From NCBI GenBank assembly GCA_963775465.1, contig CAVZIW010000003.1, positions 192,001 through 256,000 on the forward strand: DNA of 64,000 nt, written 5' to 3'. The DNA comes from Candidatus Bathyarchaeota archaeon (GTDB lineage: Archaea > Thermoproteota > Bathyarchaeia > Bathyarchaeales > Bathycorpusculaceae). The notes beneath the pieces were generated by a model. The model made no database searches and was not told the origin of the DNA. It saw nothing but the letters and a program-made list of their open reading frames with translations. Of this stretch, positions 1 through 9,989 are shown piece after piece; the stretch's first letter is position 1, and each line of letters begins with the position of its first letter. Both the position numbers and the translations under genes were made by a program.

Positions 1-987
1 TTTGGTTAATTTTATTGCTCGGGCGTTTTGTTCAACGGTTGTGCCTTTGCGCATTAGGTTAAGTATTTGTTGGTTTCCTGATTCAACTCCGAAATGAATC
101 AGTTGGCAGCATGTATCGTGCAGTTTTGTTAAGAGTTCCTTGGAGACTTTATCAACTCGAGTTCGGCAATCCCAGGGTAAATCAAGCTTGCGTTTCTGCA
201 TTTCATCGCAAATTGCGACTGCTCTGGGTACGTCGAAGGTGAAGGTGTCATCATAAAATGCAAAGGCGCCTGCTCCAAACTCGTCACGTAGCCATTCTAA
301 CTCATCGACTACATTGGCTGGACTGCGAGCACGGAAGCCTCTTCCACACATTTTGTACGCTGCACAGAACGCGCAGCTAAAAGGGCAACCTCTGCTGGTG
401 ATGATTGGGAGATAAGTTTTGTTTAAAATTTTGTATCTGCCTACGTCAAAATGATTGTGAGCTGGGCGGGGAAGAGCATCAATGTCTTGTATGAAGGGGC
501 GGTCGGGGTTGCGGAAGACTTGACCGTTCTTTTGGAATGTTATACCTGCAACTTGGCTGAGTTTTTTTTGGTTTCCCTCGCTAATTAGTTGAGCAAGCTC
601 TAGCATGGTCATTTCGCCTTCGCCGCGGGCAACTATATCAACATACTGACTTTCCGTAAAAGTCTCTTGATCTCTGACTGTTACATGCGGTCCGCCAATC
701 ATGGTGACTGCGTTTGGCAGGGAAGATTTTGCGGCTTTCAAAATATCCAAGGCTGGATTGTAAGTTAATGTGGCGGATGTTACGCCGATTATGTCGGGGT
801 TGAGGCTTCGAAATTTGTCTTCCAAATCCTTTTGGGTTGGGTGAGTAGTTTGGCAATCAACCACGTCTACGGTGTATCCATTCTTTTCCAGAACCGCTGT
901 TAAGTAACTAATACCTAAAGGCAGAAAGATAGCTTGCGGTGCCTCAATTGGGTAAGGTGGATTTACGAGTGCTACGTGAGCTTTCAC
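1..987 (-). CDS. Cobalamin-binding (class B) radical SAM protein, 3' end runs off the window
   Basis: Not in the ORF track because it has no stop in the window. Manual translation from GTG 987 gives MKAHVALVNPPYP...LGISYLTAVLEKNGY...IGGPHVT...RGEGE (B12-binding domain) and SRGCPFSCAFC (CxxxCxxC). Confidence 0.9.
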   Translation of the reverse strand, partial: MKAHVALVNPPYPIEAPQAIFLPLGISYLTAVLEKNGYTVDVVDCQTTHPTQKDLEDKFRSLNPDIIGVTSATLTYNPALDILKAAKSSLPNAVTMIGGPHVTVRDQETFTESQYVDIVARGEGEMTMLELAQLISEGNQKKLSQVAGITFQKNGQVFRNPDRPFIQDIDALPRPAHNHFDVGRYKILNKTYLPIITSRGCPFSCAFCAAYKMCGRGFRARSPANVVDELEWLRDEFGAGAFAFYDDTFTFDVPRAVAICDEMQKRKLDLPWDCRTRVDKVSKELLTKLHDTCCQLIHFGVESGNQQILNLMRKGTTVEQNARAIKLTK

Positions 988-1143
988 TTGGTTCCCCAAC
1001 TTAGTGTAGTCAAAAACGGTTGTTGATGCTATTATGTGTTTTGTAAAATCTGCAATCCCTCAGAATCTGCCAATAACGCAAGGTTTTTTATGCAAAGTCT
1101 TCAACTAACCCCCTAGTATCATTGTTACCTGGAGAAAATTGGT

Positions 1144-2679
1144 TTGTCAGCTGATTTGGTAATCTTTAACGCAAACGTAAGAACCCTGAACTCAAGCCAG
1201 CCCGAAGCTCAAGCAATAGCTATTATTGAAAACAAAATCGTGAAGGTTGGGTCAATCCAGCAGGTTCAACAATTAATCGGCGAAAAGACCAAGATCATCA
1301 ACCTTGACGGTAAAACGGTGATACCTGGGTTAATTGATACGCACATCCACGTGGCAGATTTTGGGAGATACCTAATGTGGCTCGAGTTAAAGAATGCCAA
1401 ATCTATCGTTGAACTCCAAAATATGCTAAAAGAAAAAGGTCAGAATATGCAAAGGGGGCAGTGGATTATTGGGCAAGGCTGGAATGAAAATCGTCTAAAA
1501 CGTTTGCCAACAACTGCAGACCTGGACGAGGCAGTGCCAGACAACCCAGTTATCCTCTATCGCGAAGCCGCAATGATTTGTGTCGCAAACAGCAAAGCGC
1601 AAGAACTTGCAGGTATAACGGAGCAGATTTCTGTCCCTTCAGGAGGATCAATCGATAAAGACTCAAAAACGGGGAAACCAACCGGAATTTTCCGCGACAC
1701 TGCAACCAACTTAATCTGGCAAGCTGTGCCTGAACCCAGTCAAGAGGAACTTTTGGATAATACAGCGTTGGCTTGCCAAAAAATCTCTCAAGCAGGGTTA
1801 ACCAGTGTGCATTGGCTTGTTTTGTCGGAAAATGAGTTGCCGATTATTCAAAAATTGTATGAACAGAAACGTTTGCCTTTCAGAGTTAATGTTATTGTTC
1901 CATTCGAACTTTTGAGCAAAATTGGGAATTTCGAACCTTTTGACCAACTGGAGTTACGTATTAGTGGCGTTACTGTAAATGTTGATGGGTATTTGGATTC
2001 TAAAGAAGCTGCATTGTTTGAACCTTACAGTGACGACCAGCAAAACAGCGGCAAAACGCTTTGTTCTGAGGATATGTTGTCGGATTCTGTTGGCAAAATT
2101 GTGGCGGTGGGGTTGCAGCCGTGTATTGTTGCTATGGGTGATAGAGCAGTTGATTTGGCTTTAAGGGTGATTGAGAAGTCACCTAAAGGCGCGCGTTTTC
2201 GTATTGAGCAGGCTGCAGTTTTAAACGAAGGCTTGGTTCAGCGTCTTAAGCAGCAACAGGTCGTTGTGTCAGTTCAATCTAAAGTTATCTCAACTGAATT
2301 TTCAGTTTGGTCTGCGGTTGAGCGTCTCGGTTTGAAACGTGCAAAATGGTTGCACCCACTTAAAACTCTGATAATTGCCGGTGTTAAAGTTGTTGGAGGT
2401 TCTGATTGCCCTATGGAACCCCTAAATCCATTGCTGGGGATTCAAGAAGTTGTTCTTCGGCAGGTCTTTCCTGAGCAGCGTTTAAGCGTTGAGGAGGCTC
2501 TCAAGATGTACACTTTGGATGCTGCTTTCAGTTCAGGTGAAGAAGCAATTAAGGGTTCCATCGAAGAAGGTAAACTTGCAGACTTGACAGTTCTCTCCAA
2601 TGACATAACTGAAGTTGCGCTTGATAAAATCAAGGATACAAAGGTTGAGCATGTTGTGGTTAATGGGATACTTCTATAG
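1144..2679 (+). CDS. Amidohydrolase_3 (YtcJ-like) family protein with altered second metal site
   Basis: PGLIDTHIH, GGSDCP and GSIEEGKLADLTVL motifs; 511 aa. Confidence 0.85.
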   Translation: MSADLVIFNANVRTLNSSQPEAQAIAIIENKIVKVGSIQQVQQLIGEKTKIINLDGKTVIPGLIDTHIHVADFGRYLMWLELKNAKSIVELQNMLKEKGQNMQRGQWIIGQGWNENRLKRLPTTADLDEAVPDNPVILYREAAMICVANSKAQELAGITEQISVPSGGSIDKDSKTGKPTGIFRDTATNLIWQAVPEPSQEELLDNTALACQKISQAGLTSVHWLVLSENELPIIQKLYEQKRLPFRVNVIVPFELLSKIGNFEPFDQLELRISGVTVNVDGYLDSKEAALFEPYSDDQQNSGKTLCSEDMLSDSVGKIVAVGLQPCIVAMGDRAVDLALRVIEKSPKGARFRIEQAAVLNEGLVQRLKQQQVVVSVQSKVISTEFSVWSAVERLGLKRAKWLHPLKTLIIAGVKVVGGSDCPMEPLNPLLGIQEVVLRQVFPEQRLSVEEALKMYTLDAAFSSGEEAIKGSIEEGKLADLTVLSNDITEVALDKIKDTKVEHVVVNGILL

Positions 2680-2683
2680 CTTT

Positions 2684-4139
2684 TTACTTCTTTTTTAGCA
2701 GCATCCTGGTCGTCTTCACTGGATGTTTTATTGCTCTTAAGACCTTGCTTCGAGTGAAGGTTGGATTTACCATGTTTGCTTTCATGCAAAGCTCCTGTAA
2801 ATCCTGCGCTGAAAAATCTGGGGTTTCAACCTGTGGTTCTGTAGCTGCTAACGCATAATCACAGAAGCCTTCTTTAAGAAAACCCTTTTGTTTGGCTTGC
2901 TCGTAGAATTCTGTGCCGTAAAGGGGCATAGCGATACTGAAGATAAAGGTGTCTGCACCTAAACTTCTTAGTTTGTAGGCGAAGTTAATTGTTTCTTCGA
3001 TGTCTTGTTTGGTTTCTCCGATAAGTCCGATGACAAAGAAGCAGCCGACTTTAATGCCCACTTTTTTGCTTAAGATAACAGCCTTTTCAACGGCTTTGAG
3101 ATCCTGATTTTTTTTGACAACTTCATTTACGATTCGTTGTACGCCTGATTCGGGGGCGATTCGAATTTTTTTACATCCTGCTTTTTTCATTTTACGGAGT
3201 AGTTCTTCGTCGAGGCTGTCTGCTCGGATTCCGTTTGGCGTAAACCACTCAACTTTAATTTTGCGTTCCACAATTAGATCGCAGATTTTCATCATGCGTT
3301 GTTTATCCAACGTCATGTTGTCGTCTGAAAAATCAATTTGTTTGATCCCAAAATTATTGACTACTTGCTCTACTTCTTCCACAACATTTTTTGCGCTTCG
3401 TGGACGCCACTTCTTGCCCCAGACTACGCAGCTTGAACAAAACACGCAATTGTAGGGGCACCCTCTGCCTAGTGATGATTATTGTATAGGGCTTGGTGAT
3501 TTCTCCTCGCAGGGGATTTTGTTTAACGGCTTTGGCGTAAACTTCCATGGGGAGTAAGTGCCTTGCTGGAAACGGCAGTGTGTCTAAGTCATCAATTACT
3601 GGACGTTTGCCTGTCAATATTGACTGGTTTTTTTCTCTGAAACCTAAACCATCGATTTCTTTAAAATCGCTTTTTTGCTCAAGAGTGCTCATCAATTCCG
3701 AGATGGTTTTTTCAGGCTCACCCACAACCACAAAATCTACATCAACGTTTTGTAGGCAATCAAGAGGCTTCGAAGATGGATGTAAACCGAACAATACAAC
3801 AATAATGTTTTTGTTGACTTTTTTAGTAGTGGCTGCGACTTCAAAGGCTGTTTTTGACCAGCCTGAAAAAGGAATCTCTATTACGACGGCATCGGGGTTC
3901 CAGTTGGCGATGCGTTTTGCAATGGTTTCTGCTGACAGCCCGACTCGGTATTTGGTTTCGTCTAGTTCTAGGAGGTTTTCCCAACCTTCAGTTGGGGCAT
4001 CGATGATGTTTACTGAGTGTTTTTGTTCTAAGACCGCGGCAACGGAAGCTATTACTATGGGTGGAAAAACGTTAGGTTTTCCCCATGCTTTGGGTTGAAT
4101 TCTTGGTGGGTTGATGAGGCAAACTCGCATTGATTGCAC
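2684..4139 (-). pseudogene. Cobalamin-binding radical SAM protein split by a +1 frameshift (pseudogene or sequencing error)
   Basis: ORF 3354-4139 holds the B12-binding domain and ORF 2684-3445 the radical SAM core. Removing one base at 3468-3469 restores IITSRGCPYNCVFC. Confidence 0.85.
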
Positions 4140-4384
4140 TTCTTAGTCAGAAATAGCTTTTTGGTTTGATTAAAACTTTGCACTAAATAGGCTTCTCGTT
4201 TTAGTTTTTGCAACAGGTGTAGAAATTTTGGTTGCTGCCTGAGGGTCGTAATCTGGCTTGAAAGCTTCTGGGTGTTTTTAGTTGCGGTTTAGGTTAAGTT
4301 GTTGAGGATTTGCCTTTAGAAGATGTAAATTTTGTGGCTGAAATGCACTATTTGTTAAGCTTCTAAATAGAAAAGGCAAAACTC

Positions 4385-5410
4385 CTAAATGGGCAAAAAC
4401 CAAATCCGCATAACTGCGATTAAAGCGATACATAATAATCCCCATAAAACAATCGTAATGTCCCTAATTCGTAGGGCACTTAAAATTTTCTCTCCGGTCA
4501 ATTGTTCTTGTTTGTCACCAAGGATGTATTGGTCAGGTTTTTCTAACTGAACTCTGAGTGCGCCGGCAATAGCAGCCATTGGCCAGCCATGGTTTCTGCT
4601 AGGAGTTTTTCGATGGTCTCGTTTAGCGATTTTCCAGGCATTTTTAGCATCCATGTGCAGAAGTCCTGCCGCCATAATCATAAGCAACGCCGTCAGCCTT
4701 GTGGGAATATAGTTTACGATTGTGTCAAGAGTTGCGCTGAACCATCCTGTGTTTATGTGTTCTTTGGTTTTGAAGCCAACCATGCCGTCGAGTGTGTTTA
4801 TGGCGCGGAAAGCAATTGCACCTGTAATGCCAAATAAAGCAAACGACATCATTGGTGATAGTTTAAAATCGATAAGGTTCTCCGACATTGATTCGATTAC
4901 TGCACTGCTTATCTGGGAACCGTTTAGGGTTCGGCTGTCACGTCTGGAGAAGTGGCTATATTTTTTTGCCTCTTCTAAGTCGTTTGCTTGAATTGCTTTA
5001 GCTGCGGCTTTTGCCCAATCTGTTTCAAGTTTGATGCATAGTGTCATTTTTAGGAGGATTACGGCGATGAAACTGTATACGAGGATGTTGAGGTAAAAGG
5101 GTAAGTATGTATAGATTGCCCATAATGCAAAGAAAGTTGGTAACGCAAAGGTTGCGATCGCTGTTAAACCCAGCAGAACGCCCAAGAATTTTTCAGTGTT
5201 TTGGTCTTTGTTCTTGAAGTAAGGCTCAATTTTTTGTATGAAATTGCCCATAAGCACAGTTGGATGCAGCTTGAAGGAAAGTTTATCAGGATAATTGGGC
5301 GAAGGGTCTCCAAAGATATATGCTAGCAAGACCGCAAAAACTAGAATTACAGTTGCGACTATACTGTTTAGAGCGTTTTGCGTCAGCAAAGAATCGATGA
5401 CGAGCCACAT
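4385..5410 (-). CDS. cbiB: Adenosylcobinamide-phosphate synthase CbiB/CobD family membrane protein
   Basis: GDP...HPT, IESMSEN, FRAINTLDGMVG, NYIPTRL and GWPMAAIAGAL motifs; hydrophobic segments. Confidence 0.9.
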   Translation of the reverse strand: MWLVIDSLLTQNALNSIVATVILVFAVLLAYIFGDPSPNYPDKLSFKLHPTVLMGNFIQKIEPYFKNKDQNTEKFLGVLLGLTAIATFALPTFFALWAIYTYLPFYLNILVYSFIAVILLKMTLCIKLETDWAKAAAKAIQANDLEEAKKYSHFSRRDSRTLNGSQISSAVIESMSENLIDFKLSPMMSFALFGITGAIAFRAINTLDGMVGFKTKEHINTGWFSATLDTIVNYIPTRLTALLMIMAAGLLHMDAKNAWKIAKRDHRKTPSRNHGWPMAAIAGALRVQLEKPDQYILGDKQEQLTGEKILSALRIRDITIVLWGLLCIALIAVMRIWFLPI

Positions 5411-5518
5411 TGTTTCGATACTTTCGGTAATGTGTTTATATCAATTACGGTTAGAAGCTGGAGCTCAATTCTAAGAGTTGCGTTTGCTTTTTTAGTATAA
5501 ACATCTCTATAGAATGCA

Positions 5519-5959
5519 GTGCTTACCTTGGAGCCAGAAGAAGAACTAAACGCTACGACCTTTCAAACTTACCTCTACCTGGTCAAGGTTGGTAAACCCG
5601 TCGGACCTAGAGATTTGATGCGTGGTGCCAACCTCAGCAGTCCCAGCGTTGCTTATCGAAACCTCCAAAAACTGATGGATTTAGGTTTAGTTGTCAAAGA
5701 TAACTATGGTGACTATGTCATAAAAGAGAAATTGAGCATGAAAGGTTACGTTTGGTTTGGAAAAAATCTTATTCCCACCTTTGCAATTTTTGGATTCATT
5801 TTTGTTGGTTTTCTAATCGCAGAGATTGCAGTTTTGATTCCCCATTTGATTGTGAGTGCACCTGTTGAGGAGTCTTTTTGGTTCCTAACTGCGATGACTA
5901 TTGCTTGTGCACTTATTTTCTTAATAGAAGGTTTGCGATTTAGAAAAAAAGCTCGTTGA
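5519..5959 (+). CDS. Winged helix-turn-helix protein with two C-terminal transmembrane helices
   Basis: VGPRDLMRGANLSSPSVAYRNLQKLMDLGLV resembles a wHTH and is followed by two hydrophobic stretches. Confidence 0.75.
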   Translation: MLTLEPEEELNATTFQTYLYLVKVGKPVGPRDLMRGANLSSPSVAYRNLQKLMDLGLVVKDNYGDYVIKEKLSMKGYVWFGKNLIPTFAIFGFIFVGFLIAEIAVLIPHLIVSAPVEESFWFLTAMTIACALIFLIEGLRFRKKAR

Positions 5960-5962
5960 AGG

Positions 5963-7357
5963 CTATTTCCTTCTCAGCTTAAGTTTAATGTTTGCAATGA
6001 AGTGCATGCCAACAATAATGGCAGTTGAAAGCTTGAATCGTCTACTTTTCTCAAGGAAGTATGCTCTCCGTAGATAGTAATGGTGGAATGCACCTTCACG
6101 TAGCTTACCCAGCTCCTTCATGCTTAGATGTGGGGTCTCAAAAATTGGTCTGGTAGTGTCGTAGAGATCAAAGTCGGTTACTCGGAGCCAACCATTCTCT
6201 TTAACTATGTCATACATAGGTGTGCCTGGGAACGGTGTGGCCACATTGTAGAAGCCGACAGCGTCGGGAGCAACTTTCTCAACGAATTTAATGGTGCTCC
6301 AAGCGCTTTCTTTAGTTTCACCTGGAAAGCCAAGAATAACGTTTGGCACAGGTTTCATACCGACTTCTCTTACCCAGCTAAGTACCTTCTCAGTCAAATC
6401 CGGGGTAATACCTTTTTTCATAGCATCTAAAACTTGCTGCGTTCCAGATTCAAGACCGCACCAGAACGAGACACACCCCGCTTCTTTCATTTTCGCTAGC
6501 AACTCTTTGGTAACCATGTCAACGCGGCTTCCGCAATTCCATTCAATCTTTAACCCGCGCTTGAGAATTTCATTGCATAATACTTCGGTTCTTTCTTGGT
6601 CCACAGTGAAAGCATCATCACAGAACGTAAATTTTCTGATACCATACGTTTTATACAAAAACTCTAGCTCGTCAACGACGTTATGTGGGCTTCGCATTCG
6701 ATATTTTCGCCCATGCATCCGCACTGTTGTACAGAACTCACACCAATAAACGCACCCTCTGCTGGCTGCTAAGTAGAGTATGTCTTCAAGTTCACGGAAT
6801 CGTTCCATTGGCCAAAGGTGTCTTGCAGGAAATGGCAAACTATCTAAGTCCTCAATGTAGGGGCGGTCTGGATTCCGCAAGATTTTGCCGTTTGCTCGAA
6901 CTGTTGTACCTATAACATTTAGGTAACTTTTACCGGCTTCAATTCGTTGAACTAGCTCTAAAAGAGTATTTTCTCCTTCTCTCCTCACGACCACGTCAAG
7001 TTCAGGGCATTCTTCAAGTGCATGATCATCCCAAAAAGTAACATGTGGACCACCCGCAACTATTACAGCGTTAGGTAAAGCTTCTTTTGCGATTTTTATA
7101 AGCTTTAAACCGGTTTGATAAGTCAACGTCGACGAAGTGACCCCAACAATGTCTGGTTTGCGCTTGCTTATTTCAGTGCGAAAATCCTCAAATGACAGTT
7201 TCAGTATCTGGCAGTCGATAACGTCAACTTGATAACCGTTTTTCTCTAAGACCGCTGCCAAGTATCCTAAACCAAGAAGTGCAAATGGCATATGCATGGC
7301 GGCGCCAATTGGCGCAGCAGGGTTAACTAGAGTTACGTGAGGTTTCATTGAGTTCAC
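5963..7357 (-). CDS. Cobalamin-binding (class B) radical SAM protein
   Basis: LGLGYLAAVL, GGPHVT and REGE motifs plus SRGCVYWCEFC; clear paralog of the gene at 1-987. Confidence 0.92.
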   Translation of the reverse strand: MNSMKPHVTLVNPAAPIGAAMHMPFALLGLGYLAAVLEKNGYQVDVIDCQILKLSFEDFRTEISKRKPDIVGVTSSTLTYQTGLKLIKIAKEALPNAVIVAGGPHVTFWDDHALEECPELDVVVRREGENTLLELVQRIEAGKSYLNVIGTTVRANGKILRNPDRPYIEDLDSLPFPARHLWPMERFRELEDILYLAASRGCVYWCEFCTTVRMHGRKYRMRSPHNVVDELEFLYKTYGIRKFTFCDDAFTVDQERTEVLCNEILKRGLKIEWNCGSRVDMVTKELLAKMKEAGCVSFWCGLESGTQQVLDAMKKGITPDLTEKVLSWVREVGMKPVPNVILGFPGETKESAWSTIKFVEKVAPDAVGFYNVATPFPGTPMYDIVKENGWLRVTDFDLYDTTRPIFETPHLSMKELGKLREGAFHHYYLRRAYFLEKSRRFKLSTAIIVGMHFIANIKLKLRRK

Positions 7358-7565
7358 TGTTAATCTTCACAATGAATATATTTTATGCTTAAACATTTCG
7401 CCTTTAAACCAAAGAAAAAAAGTTTTAAAAAAACGACTTTTTTTAATTCAATAAATTGGATTGTTTATTTTCCGTTAATTTAAAGCGAGCAATTCTTCAA
7501 ATTATATATTAATTCGAAGTCGCAACTTACTGACGAAGCTAAAACCGATCAAGAGGCAAAAAAAC

Positions 7566-8378
7566 TTGCTCCAAGACCAAACACTAAAAGAACAAATCCA
7601 CCAAGCCAACATCGAAGTCCATCGGTCTGAAGCAAAATATTATGAGGCATTACATCCAGAAGTTTACAGCAAAAAAGAACAAAAAAGAATATGGGAAACC
7701 CTTGGTGCCATAGACAAACAAATCACAGGCACCAAGAAAAATGCCTTGGATATTGGGGCAGGAACAGGTAACCTAACTAGCAAGCTTCTGTCGCTAAGGT
7801 ATAAGGTAACAGCAACTGACATTTCACCTGAAATGTGCGAGATTCTACGGAAGAAATATCGCGCTTACATACCTAAACATTTGACGATAGTTAATTCCCC
7901 TATTGAAGAATTAGCTTTTGACGAGGATAAATTCGATTTAATAACTTCCTATTCTGTTCTTCATCATCTTCCTAATTATATTTCGGCTTTAACAACTCTA
8001 GTAGGTTACCTGAAAGACGGAGGAATAATTTACATTGACCATGAAGCTTCCCCCTCGTATTGGAAAGGGGAACCCAGCAGTCTTGCCAGCTTTGTAAAAG
8101 CCATCTATTTCCACTCTAACCCAACAATCAACGCTCTGTACTTCCAAATTATCGGCTTGAAAGTACCCGTAATCGATTACACATTATCAGATTACTGGCA
8201 CAAGAAAGAACACGCTCTAAACCACCAAGAAATTGAACAGGTATTCAAAGAAGCACGGTTCACCTCCTACAAAAGAATGGACCATTACCTCCATGCAACA
8301 TGGCTTCCCAACCCACTTTCAATTGTTTATAGACTTTTATGCAGTCCTGAAATGAGTTACTGGATAGCAAAGAAATAA
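7566..8378 (+). CDS. Class I SAM-dependent methyltransferase
   Basis: LDIGAGTG, DISPEM and FDLITSYSVLHHL motifs. Confidence 0.88.
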   Translation: MLQDQTLKEQIHQANIEVHRSEAKYYEALHPEVYSKKEQKRIWETLGAIDKQITGTKKNALDIGAGTGNLTSKLLSLRYKVTATDISPEMCEILRKKYRAYIPKHLTIVNSPIEELAFDEDKFDLITSYSVLHHLPNYISALTTLVGYLKDGGIIYIDHEASPSYWKGEPSSLASFVKAIYFHSNPTINALYFQIIGLKVPVIDYTLSDYWHKKEHALNHQEIEQVFKEARFTSYKRMDHYLHATWLPNPLSIVYRLLCSPEMSYWIAKK

Positions 8379-8612
8379 CTCCTCAAAATCAAAATAGAAG
8401 ATCAGATCATGGAGGGTAAACGTTCAAACAAGGCAAGCCGCCTCTAGCTAAACGTGAGATATTGCAAAAAAACGTTGTGACTTGGATCGCTGACTGCTTT
8501 CCGTTAAAGCTATTAACTTCGCAAAATATCAAAAAAGAACAATCACACTAGAGAGGCAAACAATGCACATCTTCGAAGACAAGATTTCTAACTTTAAGGA
8601 GCAAGATCTAAC

Positions 8613-9989
8613 ATGATTCTTTTGATGACAACTGCTCCGCCTGAAAGTGGCGCATGGTATCTCGGTAAGCGGTTGCCTCCAATCGGCTTAATGTATGTTG
8701 CCGCAGCATTGGAAAAAGCTGGTTTTGAAGTGCAAATGCTCGACAACTACCTTATGAAGAAACCTGTGGAAGAAATTAGGCAATTAATCGTTAAAACTCA
8801 ACCCCAAATTGTAGGCATAACCTGCGGATCCGCTACATATCCAAAATGTATTGAGACTGCCAAAGTCATCAAAGAAGTCAAACCAGACTGTAAAATCGTC
8901 GTCGGTGGATGGCATGCATCATACCTACCCGACAGTCTCCTCGATAACCCTGAAATAGATTATGTGGTATTGGGCGAAGGCGAACGCGCAATTATTGAAC
9001 TCGCAAACGCTATCACCAACGGAACTGAAAAAGAAGCAGAGACTATCGCTGGTGTTGCCTGCAAACGCAACGGATCAAACATCAAAAACCAACCCGTTTT
9101 TATAGAAAACATGGATGAAATCCCCTATCCAGCAAGACATTTATTGCCTCTGGAACTCTACGATAGAACCATAGAGTATCTAGACGTCAAACCAGCAGAT
9201 GTTATGAGCATTAGTCGAGGCTGTGTCTTTAACTGTGGCTTTTGCGAAACGCGAAAACTCTGGGGTAACATGTGTCGAGGCTTTAGCCCGCAGCGGATAG
9301 TTGGTGAAATTAAAGACCTGCAAAGTAGGTATGGCACAAAAGGGATCTATTTCATCAATGACAACTTTACGCTCAGAAAAAAAGAAACGACTGAACTCTG
9401 TAATTTAATGCTTAAAGATAAGTTAAATCTAGAATGGGTATGTGACACACGTGTCGACTTGGTCAACGATGAACTTTTAGCATTAATGAGCAAAGCAGGT
9501 TGCAAGACAATATGGTTTGGTGTGGAGTCAGCTTCTGAGAGCGTTCTGCAACGAATCGGCAGAAACACAAAACTAGAGCAAGTTGAAACAGCCTTTAAGT
9601 TATGCAAGAAAAATCATATAAAAACCGCTTGCAGCTTCATGCTCGGCTTGCCAGGTGAAACTCTCGCGGATATGGAAGCCTCTTTGCAATTCGCCAAAAA
9701 AATCGATCCCGACTGGTGCCAATTCAACACATTCATAGCTTATCCTGATAGTCGTCTCTACAATGAACTGCTGGAGAGCGGAAAGTACGTGAAGCTTGAC
9801 GAGTTCTTGCTCAGCGTTAAGAGTGACGAATACACTTACGAGGATTTGCAGGCTATCCAGCGACGTTTTTTTAAAGAATTCCACATGACACCGAGGCAAA
9901 TTCTCAAACGTGTTCGCCGAGAAGGTGCCTTGAATTTTGCCAAACGAAGACTTTTGGGTGGCACACGTAAGACTTCTGGAATGGCTTGA
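8613..9989 (+). CDS. Cobalamin-binding (class B) radical SAM protein
   Basis: PPIGLMYVAAAL, GGWHAS and GEGE motifs plus SRGCVFNCGFC. Confidence 0.92.
   Translation: MILLMTTAPPESGAWYLGKRLPPIGLMYVAAALEKAGFEVQMLDNYLMKKPVEEIRQLIVKTQPQIVGITCGSATYPKCIETAKVIKEVKPDCKIVVGGWHASYLPDSLLDNPEIDYVVLGEGERAIIELANAITNGTEKEAETIAGVACKRNGSNIKNQPVFIENMDEIPYPARHLLPLELYDRTIEYLDVKPADVMSISRGCVFNCGFCETRKLWGNMCRGFSPQRIVGEIKDLQSRYGTKGIYFINDNFTLRKKETTELCNLMLKDKLNLEWVCDTRVDLVNDELLALMSKAGCKTIWFGVESASESVLQRIGRNTKLEQVETAFKLCKKNHIKTACSFMLGLPGETLADMEASLQFAKKIDPDWCQFNTFIAYPDSRLYNELLESGKYVKLDEFLLSVKSDEYTYEDLQAIQRRFFKEFHMTPRQILKRVRREGALNFAKRRLLGGTRKTSGMA

Noticed and set aside
638-856. 72-aa minus-strand ORF in the track
   Set aside because: Out-of-frame shadow inside the real radical SAM gene at 1-987.
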